From positions 32,001 to 96,000 of the forward strand of contig JAVZLM010000001.1 of NCBI GenBank assembly GCA_038883775.1: a stretch of DNA of 64,000 nucleotides, read 5' to 3'. Shown in pieces: positions 29,581 through 39,355 of the stretch. The stretch's first letter is position 1. The number at the start of each line of letters is the position of its first letter. The notes under the pieces are model-generated. The model was not told the DNA's origin. It worked only from the letters and a program-made list of their open reading frames with translations, and ran no database searches. The stretch comes from Candidatus Bathyarchaeia archaeon. GTDB lineage: Archaea; Thermoproteota; Bathyarchaeia; Bathyarchaeales; Bathycorpusculaceae. A program made the position numbers and the translations under genes.

Positions 29581-31385
29581 GTTTTACCAAGCCATTTCAT
29601 TGGTGCAGTGAAACGCACATAATAGTATTCCCCAATTTCCTTTTGAAACTTGTCAAGCTTCGAGCCATCCTTATTAACTCTTGGTCTCTTCGTTGTCGGG
29701 TCTCTTCTGAAAGTAACTTCCATTTCCTTCAAAAACATGTTCATTCCATCTCTTAGGCTTGTTGGCGAATTTGCAGTGCCCTTAATTCCGGGGGTTCCAG
29801 TAAAAACCATGAGGTGGTCGGCTATGAAGTCTTGGGCAACCACATCGTGTTCAACGACGAAGGCTGCTACATTGTGGGTTTCGATAACTCTTCGAATCGC
29901 TCTTGCCATGTTTAATCTTTCTTCCACATCCAAATAGGCGCTTGGTTCGTCTAATAAGTAAATTTCAGCCTTGCGGGATAGGCATGCAGCTATGGCAACT
30001 TTCTGCAATTCGCCTCCGCTGAGTTCCATGACATTTCTGTCTAAAAGCACATCTATCTTTAATGGTTGGAGGATTTCCGTTCTGTACCAGCTTGAGGAGA
30101 AATTTTCTTTTGCAACGCTCATTAAAAGTTCTTGAACTGTGCCTTCATATTCTGCGGAGATGTACTGAGGCTTATAGCTCACTTCTAATTCGCCAAATTT
30201 CACTCCACCATCAGCTTCTTCTACTCCAGCCAAAATTTTTACGAAGGTAGTTTTTCCTATTCCATTAGGTCCCAAAATTCCGATGATATCTCCTCTTTTT
30301 ATTTCTCCAGATTGAACCTCAAGCCTAAACCCTTCATAGGATTTGGTCATTTCCTCCCATTTCAGTAAGGTTTCGCCGGCGCCAAAACTTACGGTTGGTG
30401 GCTTTTCATGGAATATTACGGCTTCTTTTCTAAAGCGGACGTTTTCGTCTGGAATGTAGCCTTGCAGGTAAATGTTTATGCCTGTTCTAACGCCGTGAAC
30501 GTTTGAGACAACGCCATAAACGCCTGGTTCTCCATAGAAGATGCAGATTTGGTCTGACAAATAATCCAGTATTGCCAAATCGTGTTCTGCCACAATTACT
30601 GTTTGTTCATCGTTTTTTAGGCTTCTTATGGCTTTGGCAACTTCCAACCTTTGTTTTACGTCTAAATAGCTTGATGGTTCGTCGAAAAGGTAAACGTCGG
30701 CTTCGCGGCAAATTGCTGCGGCAACTGCTACACGTTGCAGTTCGCCTCCGCTTAAAACTTCCAGGGGTCGGCTCCAAAGCCGTTTAAGTTCAAGATGCTC
30801 TGCGATTTTTTCCAGTTTCTTTCGTTCATCCACTTTTTCCAGCAGTTCTCCGACGTTTCCAGAAACAACTTTCGGAATTTTATCCACATACTGGGGTTTG
30901 TGCGAAACCTTAAGTTTGCCTTCAGCCATTTTTTGAAAATATTCCTGAAGGGTTGAGCCTCTAAAATGGCGGATAATTTCGTCCCAGTTTGGCGGTTGGT
31001 TGTAGTTTCCAAGATTTATTTTAATCTCGTTTGAAAAAATTTTGAGGGTTGTTGTTTTGCCTATTCCATTCTGTCCAAGCAACCCCAAAACTGTGCCAGG
31101 CGAAGGCGTTGGAAGTCTATAAAGTTTGAAAGTGTTTTCTCCGAAGCGGTGGCTGCACTCCTTTTCTAGCTCGTCTGGAAGGTTTACTATGGATATGGCT
31201 TTGAAGGGACACTTTTTTACGCATATTCCGCATCCAGTGCAAAGAGACTCCACAATCACGGGTTTGTCTTTTTCAAATCTTATGGCTTCCACGTGAGTGC
31301 GGACTATGGGGCAGAAGCGATGGCATAATCTACCGCAACGTTTTGGTTTGCACTTGTAAGCGTCTAATACTGCAACTCTCGTCAT
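29577..31385 (-). CDS. rli: Ribosome recycling ATPase ABCE1/Rli1
   Basis: N-terminal 4Fe-4S domain, two ABC domains (GQNGIGKT, GPNGIGKT, LSGGELQ). Confidence 0.97.
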   Translation of the reverse strand: MTRVAVLDAYKCKPKRCGRLCHRFCPIVRTHVEAIRFEKDKPVIVESLCTGCGICVKKCPFKAISIVNLPDELEKECSHRFGENTFKLYRLPTPSPGTVLGLLGQNGIGKTTTLKIFSNEIKINLGNYNQPPNWDEIIRHFRGSTLQEYFQKMAEGKLKVSHKPQYVDKIPKVVSGNVGELLEKVDERKKLEKIAEHLELKRLWSRPLEVLSGGELQRVAVAAAICREADVYLFDEPSSYLDVKQRLEVAKAIRSLKNDEQTVIVAEHDLAILDYLSDQICIFYGEPGVYGVVSNVHGVRTGINIYLQGYIPDENVRFRKEAVIFHEKPPTVSFGAGETLLKWEEMTKSYEGFRLEVQSGEIKRGDIIGILGPNGIGKTTFVKILAGVEEADGGVKFGELEVSYKPQYISAEYEGTVQELLMSVAKENFSSSWYRTEILQPLKIDVLLDRNVMELSGGELQKVAIAACLSRKAEIYLLDEPSAYLDVEERLNMARAIRRVIETHNVAAFVVEHDVVAQDFIADHLMVFTGTPGIKGTANSPTSLRDGMNMFLKEMEVTFRRDPTTKRPRVNKDGSKLDKFQKEIGEYYYVRFTAPMKWLGKT

Positions 31386-31406
31386 GGTTAAACCGCTAAT
31401 GAATGC

Positions 31407-31664
31407 TCATGAGAATAAAAAGTGTTTTGTTTCGTTTCTTTTAGATAATATCCTTAATCTTCCTAAATACATTATTCCAACTACTAACAAAACAGCAAAG
31501 ATAACAGTTCCAAGTATGGAAAGGTAAAAGATTAAACGAAATTCTTCTGGTGCCGGATTTTGCTCACTTCTAAACAAGGCGATACCGATGAGAAACAGAA
31601 TAAGACCAACCATGAGAAAACTAAAGAGTAACAAGTGGCGTTTCTTTACTTTGTTTGCAATCAT
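31407..31664 (-). CDS. Small two-TM membrane protein
   Basis: 85 aa with two hydrophobic helices. Confidence 0.65.
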   Translation of the reverse strand: MIANKVKKRHLLLFSFLMVGLILFLIGIALFRSEQNPAPEEFRLIFYLSILGTVIFAVLLVVGIMYLGRLRILSKRNETKHFLFS

Positions 31665-31781
31665 CCTTAACTCACATACCAGAATTACTTCTTTTACTTC
31701 TGCTTAAAATTAATTGCTGAAAAATTACACATGATTACAGTAATAAAGAAAAGTGCAAAAACTTTTACAAGCTTGTAATTC

Positions 31782-31859
31782 TCACCATTCCTCTTCTTCC
31801 CACTCTTCCTCTTCTCCTTCTTCCCATTCTTCCTCTTCCCATTCCTCTTCCTCTCGCAT
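31782..31859 (-). CDS. 25-aa acidic repeat peptide MREEEEWEEEEWEEGEEEEWEEEEW (not in ORF track)
   Basis: ATG preceded by a perfect GGAGGTGA SD; upstream AAAAACG-TTTAAAA BRE/TATA-like element; mixed GAA/GAG codons; palindrome and T-tracts downstream. Confidence 0.75.
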   Translation of the reverse strand: MREEEEWEEEEWEEGEEEEWEEEEW

Positions 31860-31983
31860 TTTTTCACCTCCCTACCAGTTTTGGTGCTTTAGGAAACATG
31901 CCTAACGATATTTTAAACGTTTTTGTTCGGCAGGCGTCGAGAATCAAAACCAATAAGTCCTGTTTCTCCATGCCTTTAAACGC

Positions 31984-32940
31984 TTATTTTACTATTTTAG
32001 CCGTTAAAGAAGCTACGGGTTCTTTCATTTCTGATGTTATATACGCCCAGCACAAGTTCGGCGAATTGTGGGCTGCGCCAATCCTTCCATGAGTGTCGAT
32101 GGCAATTAGCCCCATACTGTTGTATGTGGATGTTATTCTTTTGTTGACAAGGTTTATTGCCATTTCAGCAGCCTCCTGCGCCGTTTTCCCATTCTCCATA
32201 TAATTGCAAGCTGTCTTCGCCAAAACAAGCCTTATTGCAATTTCGCCTACGCCGGTGGCTGAGCATGCCCCAGCATGATTATCCGCATAATTGCCGCATC
32301 CAATCAGTGGAGAATCGCCAATTCTTCCTGGCAGTTTTAAGGGGAATCCTCCAGTGGATGTTGCAGCCGCTACATTTCCATTTTTGTCTATGGCTACCGC
32401 CCCCACGGTTTCAAGCTGAAAAATTTCTGGGTGCTCTTTTATCAGCTCGGCGAGTTTTGGAAGTTCAAATTTTCCATCAAGCAACGCTTTCTTCTGCTGT
32501 TCATAATATTTCAACCTAAGTTCAGTCAGCGGATTTCTTCTTTCCAAGTTATAGAGTTTTGCAAGTTTTTCTGCGCCTTCGCCGACTACGAACACGTGGT
32601 CCGTTTTTTCCATGACAATCCTTGCTAAACGAACTGGATTCTTGATGTCTTTCAAGAGTCCAGCAGCGCCCGCCTGCAGTGTTTTTCCATCCATTATGGA
32701 TGCTTCCATTTCGATTTCCTTCTCTATGTTTAAACTTGAGCCGTAACCCGCATTGAAAACGCCTTCATCTTCCAAGACTGCAACAGCTTCCATGACGCTG
32801 TCTAAGGCGGTTCCATCATTTTTCAAAATTTCAAAGCCCTTTTCCGCAGCCTTTTTAACGCCCGCCAAACCAGCTTGGCTTCTTTCCGGCTGCCAAGTTC
32901 CAGCTCCTCCATGAACTGCTATGGCAGGTTTTCTTTGCAT
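31984..32940 (-). CDS. iaaA: Isoaspartyl peptidase/L-asparaginase (Ntn hydrolase)
   Basis: HGGAG, FNAGYGS, ETVGAVA, STGG, GRIGDSP, ATGVGE. Confidence 0.94.
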   Translation of the reverse strand: MQRKPAIAVHGGAGTWQPERSQAGLAGVKKAAEKGFEILKNDGTALDSVMEAVAVLEDEGVFNAGYGSSLNIEKEIEMEASIMDGKTLQAGAAGLLKDIKNPVRLARIVMEKTDHVFVVGEGAEKLAKLYNLERRNPLTELRLKYYEQQKKALLDGKFELPKLAELIKEHPEIFQLETVGAVAIDKNGNVAAATSTGGFPLKLPGRIGDSPLIGCGNYADNHAGACSATGVGEIAIRLVLAKTACNYMENGKTAQEAAEMAINLVNKRITSTYNSMGLIAIDTHGRIGAAHNSPNLCWAYITSEMKEPVASLTAKIVK

Positions 32941-33048
32941 GATGTTTCGCCTCTTCTTAGTTTTAGATTAGTGAAGTTTCACTGCTAAAATTTAAGCATG
33001 TTGCTTGAAAATTTCAAAACAGATAAATTTGTGAAATAATAATGTATT

Positions 33049-33116
33049 TTGGGATGATGTGAGGCGACGGCTGGGAGCCAAAAGCTGTGAAAAAGCCACT
33101 AACCTGCGCTGACCAA
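33049..33116 (+). ncRNA. Candidate box C/D sRNA
   Basis: GC-richer ~65-nt island in an AT-rich gap: C-like AUGAUGU, internal degenerate D'/C', terminal CUGA, closing TTGG/CCAA stem. Confidence 0.55.
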
Positions 33117-33176
33117 TTATTGAAACGTTAAATTTACCTGAGAACAAATAACAATTAATTAGGCTTTCAAAGAGGG

Positions 33177-33707
33177 GTGGTTATGCTTAGAGATTTTAAC
33201 CTTTTAGCCACCACATCCCGTGGAAATGAGGATGAAGCATGTTCGGAATTGTGGTATTTGCTTGGAGAAGTAGGCGATTCTGCACCTACCGTTGATAAGA
33301 CTGGCGTGGCGGGTTTAATTGCTGCAAAAACTGCTTTTGACCCCTTTGAGGTAATAAGAAAGTTTAGGGGAATCCTCCAAGAACGTCCCTATGAGTTTCG
33401 CTACATTTTAAGAATAATTCCAATTGAAAAGGTTGTCCGCACAGATTTAGGCGAAATCCAACGAGTCGCCACAGAACTCGGCTCAAAAATTGGAAAAAGC
33501 GAAACTTTTCGTGTAACTGTTGAAAAGCGTTTTACAGAAACATCCACCAGAGACATTATCGAGGCAGCTGCGGCAAACATTGAAAGGGAAGTTAACTTAA
33601 ATAATCCAGACAAAATTCTTTTAGTGGAGGTTGTGGGTGGATTAACTGGATTATCCGTAATAAAACCCGATGAGATTTTGGCGATTATGAAGGAAAAAGT
33701 GTTATGA
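33177..33707 (+). CDS. THUMP-domain RNA-binding protein (Tan1-like)
   Basis: ILRIIPIE, TFRVTVEKR, VNLNNPD...VEVV. Confidence 0.88.
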   Translation: MVMLRDFNLLATTSRGNEDEACSELWYLLGEVGDSAPTVDKTGVAGLIAAKTAFDPFEVIRKFRGILQERPYEFRYILRIIPIEKVVRTDLGEIQRVATELGSKIGKSETFRVTVEKRFTETSTRDIIEAAAANIEREVNLNNPDKILLVEVVGGLTGLSVIKPDEILAIMKEKVL

Positions 33708-33708
33708 A

Positions 33709-34275
33709 TTAGCGTTGGGTTGCCAGCAAAGCCATCCTTTCAATTACGAGGCTTGTTAAGGCTTCTTCTAAATCATCATTCTTCATAACCGTTTTAAGTT
33801 CTAATTCTAAGATTCCAAAGGTTTTTCTGATAAGCTCAATTTTTCTTTTTGATAAGTCAAGAACCGACTCATCCTCTTTTGCATTAACATGTTTTGAAAC
33901 CATTTGTAATGTTGATTTCACTATGTCGGGTTTTTCTCCAATTATAAAAACCGCCATTTCCGAAGTGTCAGCCTTAATCCCCAAAATTTCCATGGCTTTT
34001 CTAATTTGACGTTGAGCAGAAGCGTAAAGCAGCATTTCCATGGCAAGGCTTTTTGAAATGTTCGTTTTGTTTTTGAATGCCGTTAAGGCGTTTATGGCTG
34101 CAAAGTATAGATGTTGCCATGTTGCAACAAGTTTTGCATCGAAAAATTGAATTTCAACATCTGAAGGCTTTTCCTTGTTTATTACTTTTAAGAATTCTTC
34201 TGCGTTCTCAATTTTGACATTTTTAAAGCCTGTTATTAGAAGGTATTTTCCATATTCTTTTATTTGTTTAAGCAA
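33709..34275 (-). CDS. cgi121: KEOPS complex subunit Cgi121
   Basis: HLYFAA..A, EMLLYASAQRQI..A. Confidence 0.88.
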   Translation of the reverse strand: MLKQIKEYGKYLLITGFKNVKIENAEEFLKVINKEKPSDVEIQFFDAKLVATWQHLYFAAINALTAFKNKTNISKSLAMEMLLYASAQRQIRKAMEILGIKADTSEMAVFIIGEKPDIVKSTLQMVSKHVNAKEDESVLDLSKRKIELIRKTFGILELELKTVMKNDDLEEALTSLVIERMALLATQR

Positions 34276-34872
34276 TCATTCTTCCCCAACTATTTCCTTC
34301 AAAAACCTGTCAACAAGCTCTTTGGGTATTCCAGCCTTCACAAGTTTTGCAGTCTCATTCTCAAAAGGTTTTCCTTTCTCCTTACATTTTTTAACGATTT
34401 TGTGAACTGTTTCCTTTATCTCCCATGGAAAAACAACCCAACGGCTTGTCTCTTTCTCATAATAGTCTGGCTTAATTATGCTCCAAGGCTTGTAATAAAC
34501 CGTGGCTATTTTAACCTCTTTAGCACCTTGCCCAATAATGTGTTCCTTAACCAACTTTAAACTTTGACCAGTATCCGCAATCTCATCCACAACAAGCACC
34601 TTTTTATCCGCAACATCCACAGAAACGGGCTGCGTTAGGGTTGGCTCGCCCTTTGTTTCCGCCACTCCCAAATAGAATTCGGCTCTAACATTTGCCAAGT
34701 TAGGATTATCCATCAGGTCTGATAGGACTCTGGCTGGGGGCCATCCTCCTCTGGAAACGCCGACGATTATGTCTGGTTTGAAACCGTTTTTTCGAATTTT
34801 ATCCGCCAAATTCAAGAGCATTTTGTATATTTGGTTCCATGTTGGCACTTCAAACTCCAGTTCCGAACTCAA
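34276..34872 (-). CDS. Purine phosphoribosyltransferase
   Basis: SRGG, VLVVDEIADTGQSL, WVVFPWE. Confidence 0.9.
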   Translation of the reverse strand: MSSELEFEVPTWNQIYKMLLNLADKIRKNGFKPDIIVGVSRGGWPPARVLSDLMDNPNLANVRAEFYLGVAETKGEPTLTQPVSVDVADKKVLVVDEIADTGQSLKLVKEHIIGQGAKEVKIATVYYKPWSIIKPDYYEKETSRWVVFPWEIKETVHKIVKKCKEKGKPFENETAKLVKAGIPKELVDRFLKEIVGEE

Positions 34873-34991
34873 GCCTTTTCTCTCCTCTTTGGCGAGTTAA
34901 AATCACGGTTGTTGTTCTGATTTTGGTTAGTTTCTGGTTAAACACATATAAGTCTTCTATTTTGATAGTAAAGGCTAGCTTAAGAGTTAGT

Positions 34992-35933
34992 GTGCTTAAG
35001 GGGGAAGGCGTAACGAAAGAAATAATCGAATGTGTACCAAACTTCAGCACTTCAGACCCTAAAATTGTCGATTTAATCCTTAAAGAAATCAAAGCAACCA
35101 AGAATGCTTTTCTTTTGGACTATACTTTCGACGACTACTATAATCGCTTAGTTGTTTCCTTTGTAGGTGATAAAAAATCAGTGTTTGAAGCTGCTTTGAA
35201 ATCTGCCATAAAAGCCATAGAATTGATTGACATGCGAAAACATAAGGGGCAACATCCAAGAATAGGGGCTGTTGATGTGGTACCCTTCATACCAATAAAA
35301 AACGTTACGATGGAAGATTGTGTTGTTGTTGCGAGGAATTTTGGAAAAACCTTGGCAGAGAAATGTGGTGTTCCCGTTTATCTTTATGGTGAGGCAGCTT
35401 CAAAAAACGAGCGTAGGGATTTGGATTGGATAAGGGAAGGCGAATATGAACGCTTGGCGGAAAATATTGTTAAACCTGAACGCAAACCGGATTTCGGTCC
35501 AGCCAAGCCTCATCCAACTGCTGGCGCAACAATAACAGGCGCAAGGAAAGTTATGGCTGGTTTTAACGTTAACATTGGCACTGCCGATTTGAATGTTGCG
35601 AAGAAGATTGCTAAGGCTTTGCATGCGAAGAAGGGTGGTTTTTCAAATGTTAAAGCCATGGCCGCCTACATTCCAGAGAAAAACATTACTCAGATAGGCA
35701 TGAGCATAAGCGATTTTGAAAAAACTCCACTTTACCGTGTTTTTGAACTGCTTAAAATCGAGGCTGACCGCTATAACGTTCCAATTTTGAGTTCAGAATT
35801 TTGCGGTATGGCGCCATTAAAAGCACTTATTGACATAGCCACATATTATTTGAAAATTGACAACTTAACCGAAAATCGAGTGTTAGAGATAGCCATACAA
35901 AACGCCATTGAGAAAGGCGGTGAATTTGAGTAA
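34992..35933 (+). CDS. ftcD: Glutamate formiminotransferase (FT domain only)
   Basis: ECVPNFS, HPRIGAVDVVPF, PDFGP...HPTAG; start uncertain (GTG at 34992 chosen). Confidence 0.92.
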   Translation: MLKGEGVTKEIIECVPNFSTSDPKIVDLILKEIKATKNAFLLDYTFDDYYNRLVVSFVGDKKSVFEAALKSAIKAIELIDMRKHKGQHPRIGAVDVVPFIPIKNVTMEDCVVVARNFGKTLAEKCGVPVYLYGEAASKNERRDLDWIREGEYERLAENIVKPERKPDFGPAKPHPTAGATITGARKVMAGFNVNIGTADLNVAKKIAKALHAKKGGFSNVKAMAAYIPEKNITQIGMSISDFEKTPLYRVFELLKIEADRYNVPILSSEFCGMAPLKALIDIATYYLKIDNLTENRVLEIAIQNAIEKGGEFE

Positions 35934-37245
35934 AACAAAAGCAAAAGCAAGAGAAAAGGTAGACTTGCTTATTGTTAATGCTGATGAGCTTATCACATTG
36001 GCTGGAGCAAGCCAAAAACCATTCGTTGGCAAGCAAATGCGAGAGCTTGGAATAATACACCATGGCGCCTTAGCCGTGAAGGATGGAAGGATAATTGCTG
36101 TTGGAAAAACCGCAGAAGTGACAAAGGCTTTCAAAGCTGAAACCGTAATAAGCGCCCACGGAAAAACTGTTATGCCAGGCTTTGTGGACCCGCATACGCA
36201 TCTTGTTTTTGCAAGTTTTCGTGAAGACGAATTTCAAATGCGAGTGGAAGGCGCCTCTTACATGGAAATTCTAAGCAGTGGCGGTGGCATACTAAAAACT
36301 GTGAGGGAAACCAGAAAAGCAAGTGTTGAAAAGCTTGTGGATTCTGGTCTCAAAAGATTAGATGCTATGTTAGAGTATGGCACCACAACTGTTGAAGCCA
36401 AAAGCGGCTATGGACTAACAACAAAGGATGAATTAAAAATTTTAGAAGCCATAAAACGCATTAACCAACTGCATTGCGTGGATGTTGTTCCAACATTTCT
36501 TGGCGCCCACGCCATCCCACCAGAATATAAGGCTAATCCACATGATTACGTAAACCTAATAGTTGAGGAAACCCTTCCAAAAGTGGCTGAGAAAAAATTA
36601 GCAGAGTTTTGCGACGTTTTTTGCGAAAGGAACGTTTTCAGTTTGGAGCAGAGCAAGCGCATTTTGGTTGTTGGAAAAAATTTTGGTTTAAAGCCTAAAA
36701 TTCACGCTGACGAAATGAGCACTTTGGGCGGAGCCGAACTTGCGGCGGATGTCGGCGCAGTTTCCGCAGACCACTTGCTTTTCTCTTCTGTTGAAGGCTT
36801 AAAAGCCATGGGAAATAAAAACGTAATTGCAGTTTTGCTTCCAGCAGCAGCCTTCAGCTTAATGCTTGGAAAGTATGCAGATGCAAGGTTGATGATTGAT
36901 TTAGGTGTTCCAATAGCCCTAGGCACAGATTTTAACCCAAGCTGTTTGGTTGAGAACATGCAGTTAGTTATAGCCTTTGCCTGTCATTTCATGAAGTTAA
37001 CGTCTGCTGAAGCCTTAACTGCCGCTACAATTAACGCTGCCTACGCCATTGGAAGGGCTAATGAAGTTGGAAGTTTAGAGGTTGGCAAAAAAGCTGACAT
37101 AATCGTTTTAGATGTGCCAAACCACAAGTTTTTGGGCTATCATTTTGGCGTGAACCTTGTTGATAAAGTGATTAAGAATGGCAGAATAGTTATAGATAAG
37201 GAAGCAAGCCAAAGCGATTTCCCAATGATGAGAGAAGAAGAATAA
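35926..37245 (+). CDS. hutI: Imidazolonepropionase
   Basis: PGFVDPHTH, EAKSGYGL, IHADE, GTDFNP. Confidence 0.95.
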   Translation: MSKTKAKAREKVDLLIVNADELITLAGASQKPFVGKQMRELGIIHHGALAVKDGRIIAVGKTAEVTKAFKAETVISAHGKTVMPGFVDPHTHLVFASFREDEFQMRVEGASYMEILSSGGGILKTVRETRKASVEKLVDSGLKRLDAMLEYGTTTVEAKSGYGLTTKDELKILEAIKRINQLHCVDVVPTFLGAHAIPPEYKANPHDYVNLIVEETLPKVAEKKLAEFCDVFCERNVFSLEQSKRILVVGKNFGLKPKIHADEMSTLGGAELAADVGAVSADHLLFSSVEGLKAMGNKNVIAVLLPAAAFSLMLGKYADARLMIDLGVPIALGTDFNPSCLVENMQLVIAFACHFMKLTSAEALTAATINAAYAIGRANEVGSLEVGKKADIIVLDVPNHKFLGYHFGVNLVDKVIKNGRIVIDKEASQSDFPMMREEE

Positions 37246-37302
37246 ATTAGCAACAATTATTAATATTCTCTTCCTTCTCCATTCTATTGGAGACGTGTCC
37301 CT

Positions 37303-38958
37303 TTGAAGGTTGAAAGACCTGTAAAATGTTTGACTGGTCCAGAACTGCATTGTAAAAACTGGCAGATTGAAGGCATACTGCGAATGCTCTATAACGTTGT
37401 GGATCCCGAAGTGGCTAAAGACCCTGAGAAGCTTATTGTTTATGGCGGAACTGGGAGGGCTGCAAGAAGCTGGAAATGTTTCGAGCGTATTGTTGAAACT
37501 TTAATTGAGCTTGAACCCGACGAAACCATGCTTGTTCAAAGCGGCAAACCAGTAGCCGTTTTCAAAACCCATGAGTGGGCGCCCAGAGCCTTAATCGTTA
37601 ATGCCATGCTCGTGCCAAAATGGGCTACATGGGACTATTTTTACGAGTTAGAACAGAAGGGCTTGATTATGTTTGGACAGATGACTGCTGGCTCATGGGC
37701 TTATATTGGCACACAAGGAATACTGCAAGGCACATATGAAACTTTGGCTGCCGTAGCCAAAGAACATTTCGATGGTTCCCTACGTGGAAAACTTGTTTTA
37801 ACTGCTGGTTTGGGCGAAATGGGCGGAGCCCAACCCTTAGCCGTTACAATGAATGATGGCGTTGCATTAGTTGTGGAAATCGACAAGCGAGCCATTGAAA
37901 GAAGGCTTAAACACAAATATTTGGAAATGTGGACTGACGACGTAGACGAAGCAGTAAAACTGGCGTTAGAAGCAAAACGAGACGGAATCCCAAGAAGCAT
38001 AGGCTTATTAGGCAACGCAGCCGAAGTGCACCCGGAACTATTAAAACGGGGAATAATCCCAGACGTTTTAACAGACCAAACTTCAGCCCACGACCCATTA
38101 AACGGCTATTATCCAGCTGGCTTATCCAAGGAAGAGGCGGATGAACTGCGCTTAAACGATCCAAAAGAGTATTTGCGGCTGGCAAGCGAAAGCATGCGCC
38201 TTCAAGTGGAGACCATGGTTAAAATGGTGGAGAAGGGTGCCATAGCCTTCGAATATGGCAACAACCTAAGACAGCAAGCCTACAACGCTGGATTCAAAGA
38301 CGCCTTTGCCTATCCAGGCTTTGTCCAACGCTATATCCGACCAATGTTCTGCGAAGGCAGAGGACCATTCCGTTGGACTTCGCTTGTGGGCAGCCCAGAA
38401 GACATTTACACGCTTGACGATGTTATTTTGAAGGAATTCGCCTACAATAAAGAGTTGTGCCGTTGGATACAAAAGGCAAAAGAACAAGTCAAGTTTCAAG
38501 GATTGCCCGCAAGGGTTTGTTGGCTTGGCTTCGGCGAGAGAGCCCGCTTCGGAAAAATAATGAATGACATGGTTGCGGACGGAAGCCTCAGCGGACCCAT
38601 ATGGATTGGAAGGGACCATCTAGACGGTGGAAGCGTTGCCTCACCAAACCGTGAAACAGAAGGCATGATGGACGGAAGCGACGCAATTGCAGACTGGCCA
38701 ATCCTTAACGCTTTAATTAACGCAGTTGGCGGCGCCACATGGGTTAGCGTTCACCACGGCGGCGGAGTAGGCATAGGCTATAGTATCCATGCTGGCATGT
38801 GTTTGGTGGCTGACGGCACAAAAGAAGCAGAAAAACGCATAACAACAGTCCTAACAACAGACCCTGGAACAGCCATAGTGAGGCATGCGGATGCAGGCTA
38901 TGAGAAAGCAAAGAAGATAGCCAAAGAGAAAGGCATCAAAATGCCCATGCTAAAATAA
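37303..38958 (+). CDS. hutU: Urocanate hydratase
   Basis: [35 protein letters not shown]. Confidence 0.97.
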   Translation: MKVERPVKCLTGPELHCKNWQIEGILRMLYNVVDPEVAKDPEKLIVYGGTGRAARSWKCFERIVETLIELEPDETMLVQSGKPVAVFKTHEWAPRALIVNAMLVPKWATWDYFYELEQKGLIMFGQMTAGSWAYIGTQGILQGTYETLAAVAKEHFDGSLRGKLVLTAGLGEMGGAQPLAVTMNDGVALVVEIDKRAIERRLKHKYLEMWTDDVDEAVKLALEAKRDGIPRSIGLLGNAAEVHPELLKRGIIPDVLTDQTSAHDPLNGYYPAGLSKEEADELRLNDPKEYLRLASESMRLQVETMVKMVEKGAIAFEYGNNLRQQAYNAGFKDAFAYPGFVQRYIRPMFCEGRGPFRWTSLVGSPEDIYTLDDVILKEFAYNKELCRWIQKAKEQVKFQGLPARVCWLGFGERARFGKIMNDMVADGSLSGPIWIGRDHLDGGSVASPNRETEGMMDGSDAIADWPILNALINAVGGATWVSVHHGGGVGIGYSIHAGMCLVADGTKEAEKRITTVLTTDPGTAIVRHADAGYEKAKKIAKEKGIKMPMLK

Positions 38959-38971
38959 GATGTGAAAGCCT

Positions 38972-39355
38972 TTGAAAAACCAAGTTCAAGGACAAAAACA
39001 TAGTTTAAAGTTTTATTTGCTAATTGCGGTTGTTGTCATTTACTCTTCAGCCATGATAGTTAGAGTTTATGACGCTTATCTTCAAGGAGATGTTTGGTTG
39101 GCGTTTAGTCGCCGTTCTGATGTAGGCTACCCCGTAGCCCACATTCTGGGTCTAATTGCATTAATTATCTTGTTATATGCAACTTTTGGACTTAAAAAGA
39201 AAACTAGGCAATCACGTAATCTTGTGAAAAAATCTAGAGAGGGGCTACCCGTATTGGTTGATTTTTACGCCAAAAATATGAAGAAAAGACAAGAAAAAGA
39301 AGGAGTTGCGTGGTTAAATGTTCTGCTTTCTTCTGTAAATCATGACTATGGATAG
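38972..39355 (+). CDS. Hypothetical two-TM membrane protein
   Basis: Two hydrophobic segments; 3' end overlaps the convergent gene, so the true end is uncertain. Confidence 0.5.
   Translation: MKNQVQGQKHSLKFYLLIAVVVIYSSAMIVRVYDAYLQGDVWLAFSRRSDVGYPVAHILGLIALIILLYATFGLKKKTRQSRNLVKKSREGLPVLVDFYAKNMKKRQEKEGVAWLNVLLSSVNHDYG

Noticed and set aside
31782-31859. CRISPR or microsatellite interpretation of the purine/pyrimidine repeat
   Set aside because: No spacers; the 15-nt period with synonymous variation is explained by coding for EEEEW
34839-34991. Long hydrophobic N-terminal extension of FtcD in the ORF track
   Set aside because: It overlaps the divergent PRTase start and promoter region; family homology starts at ECVPNFS
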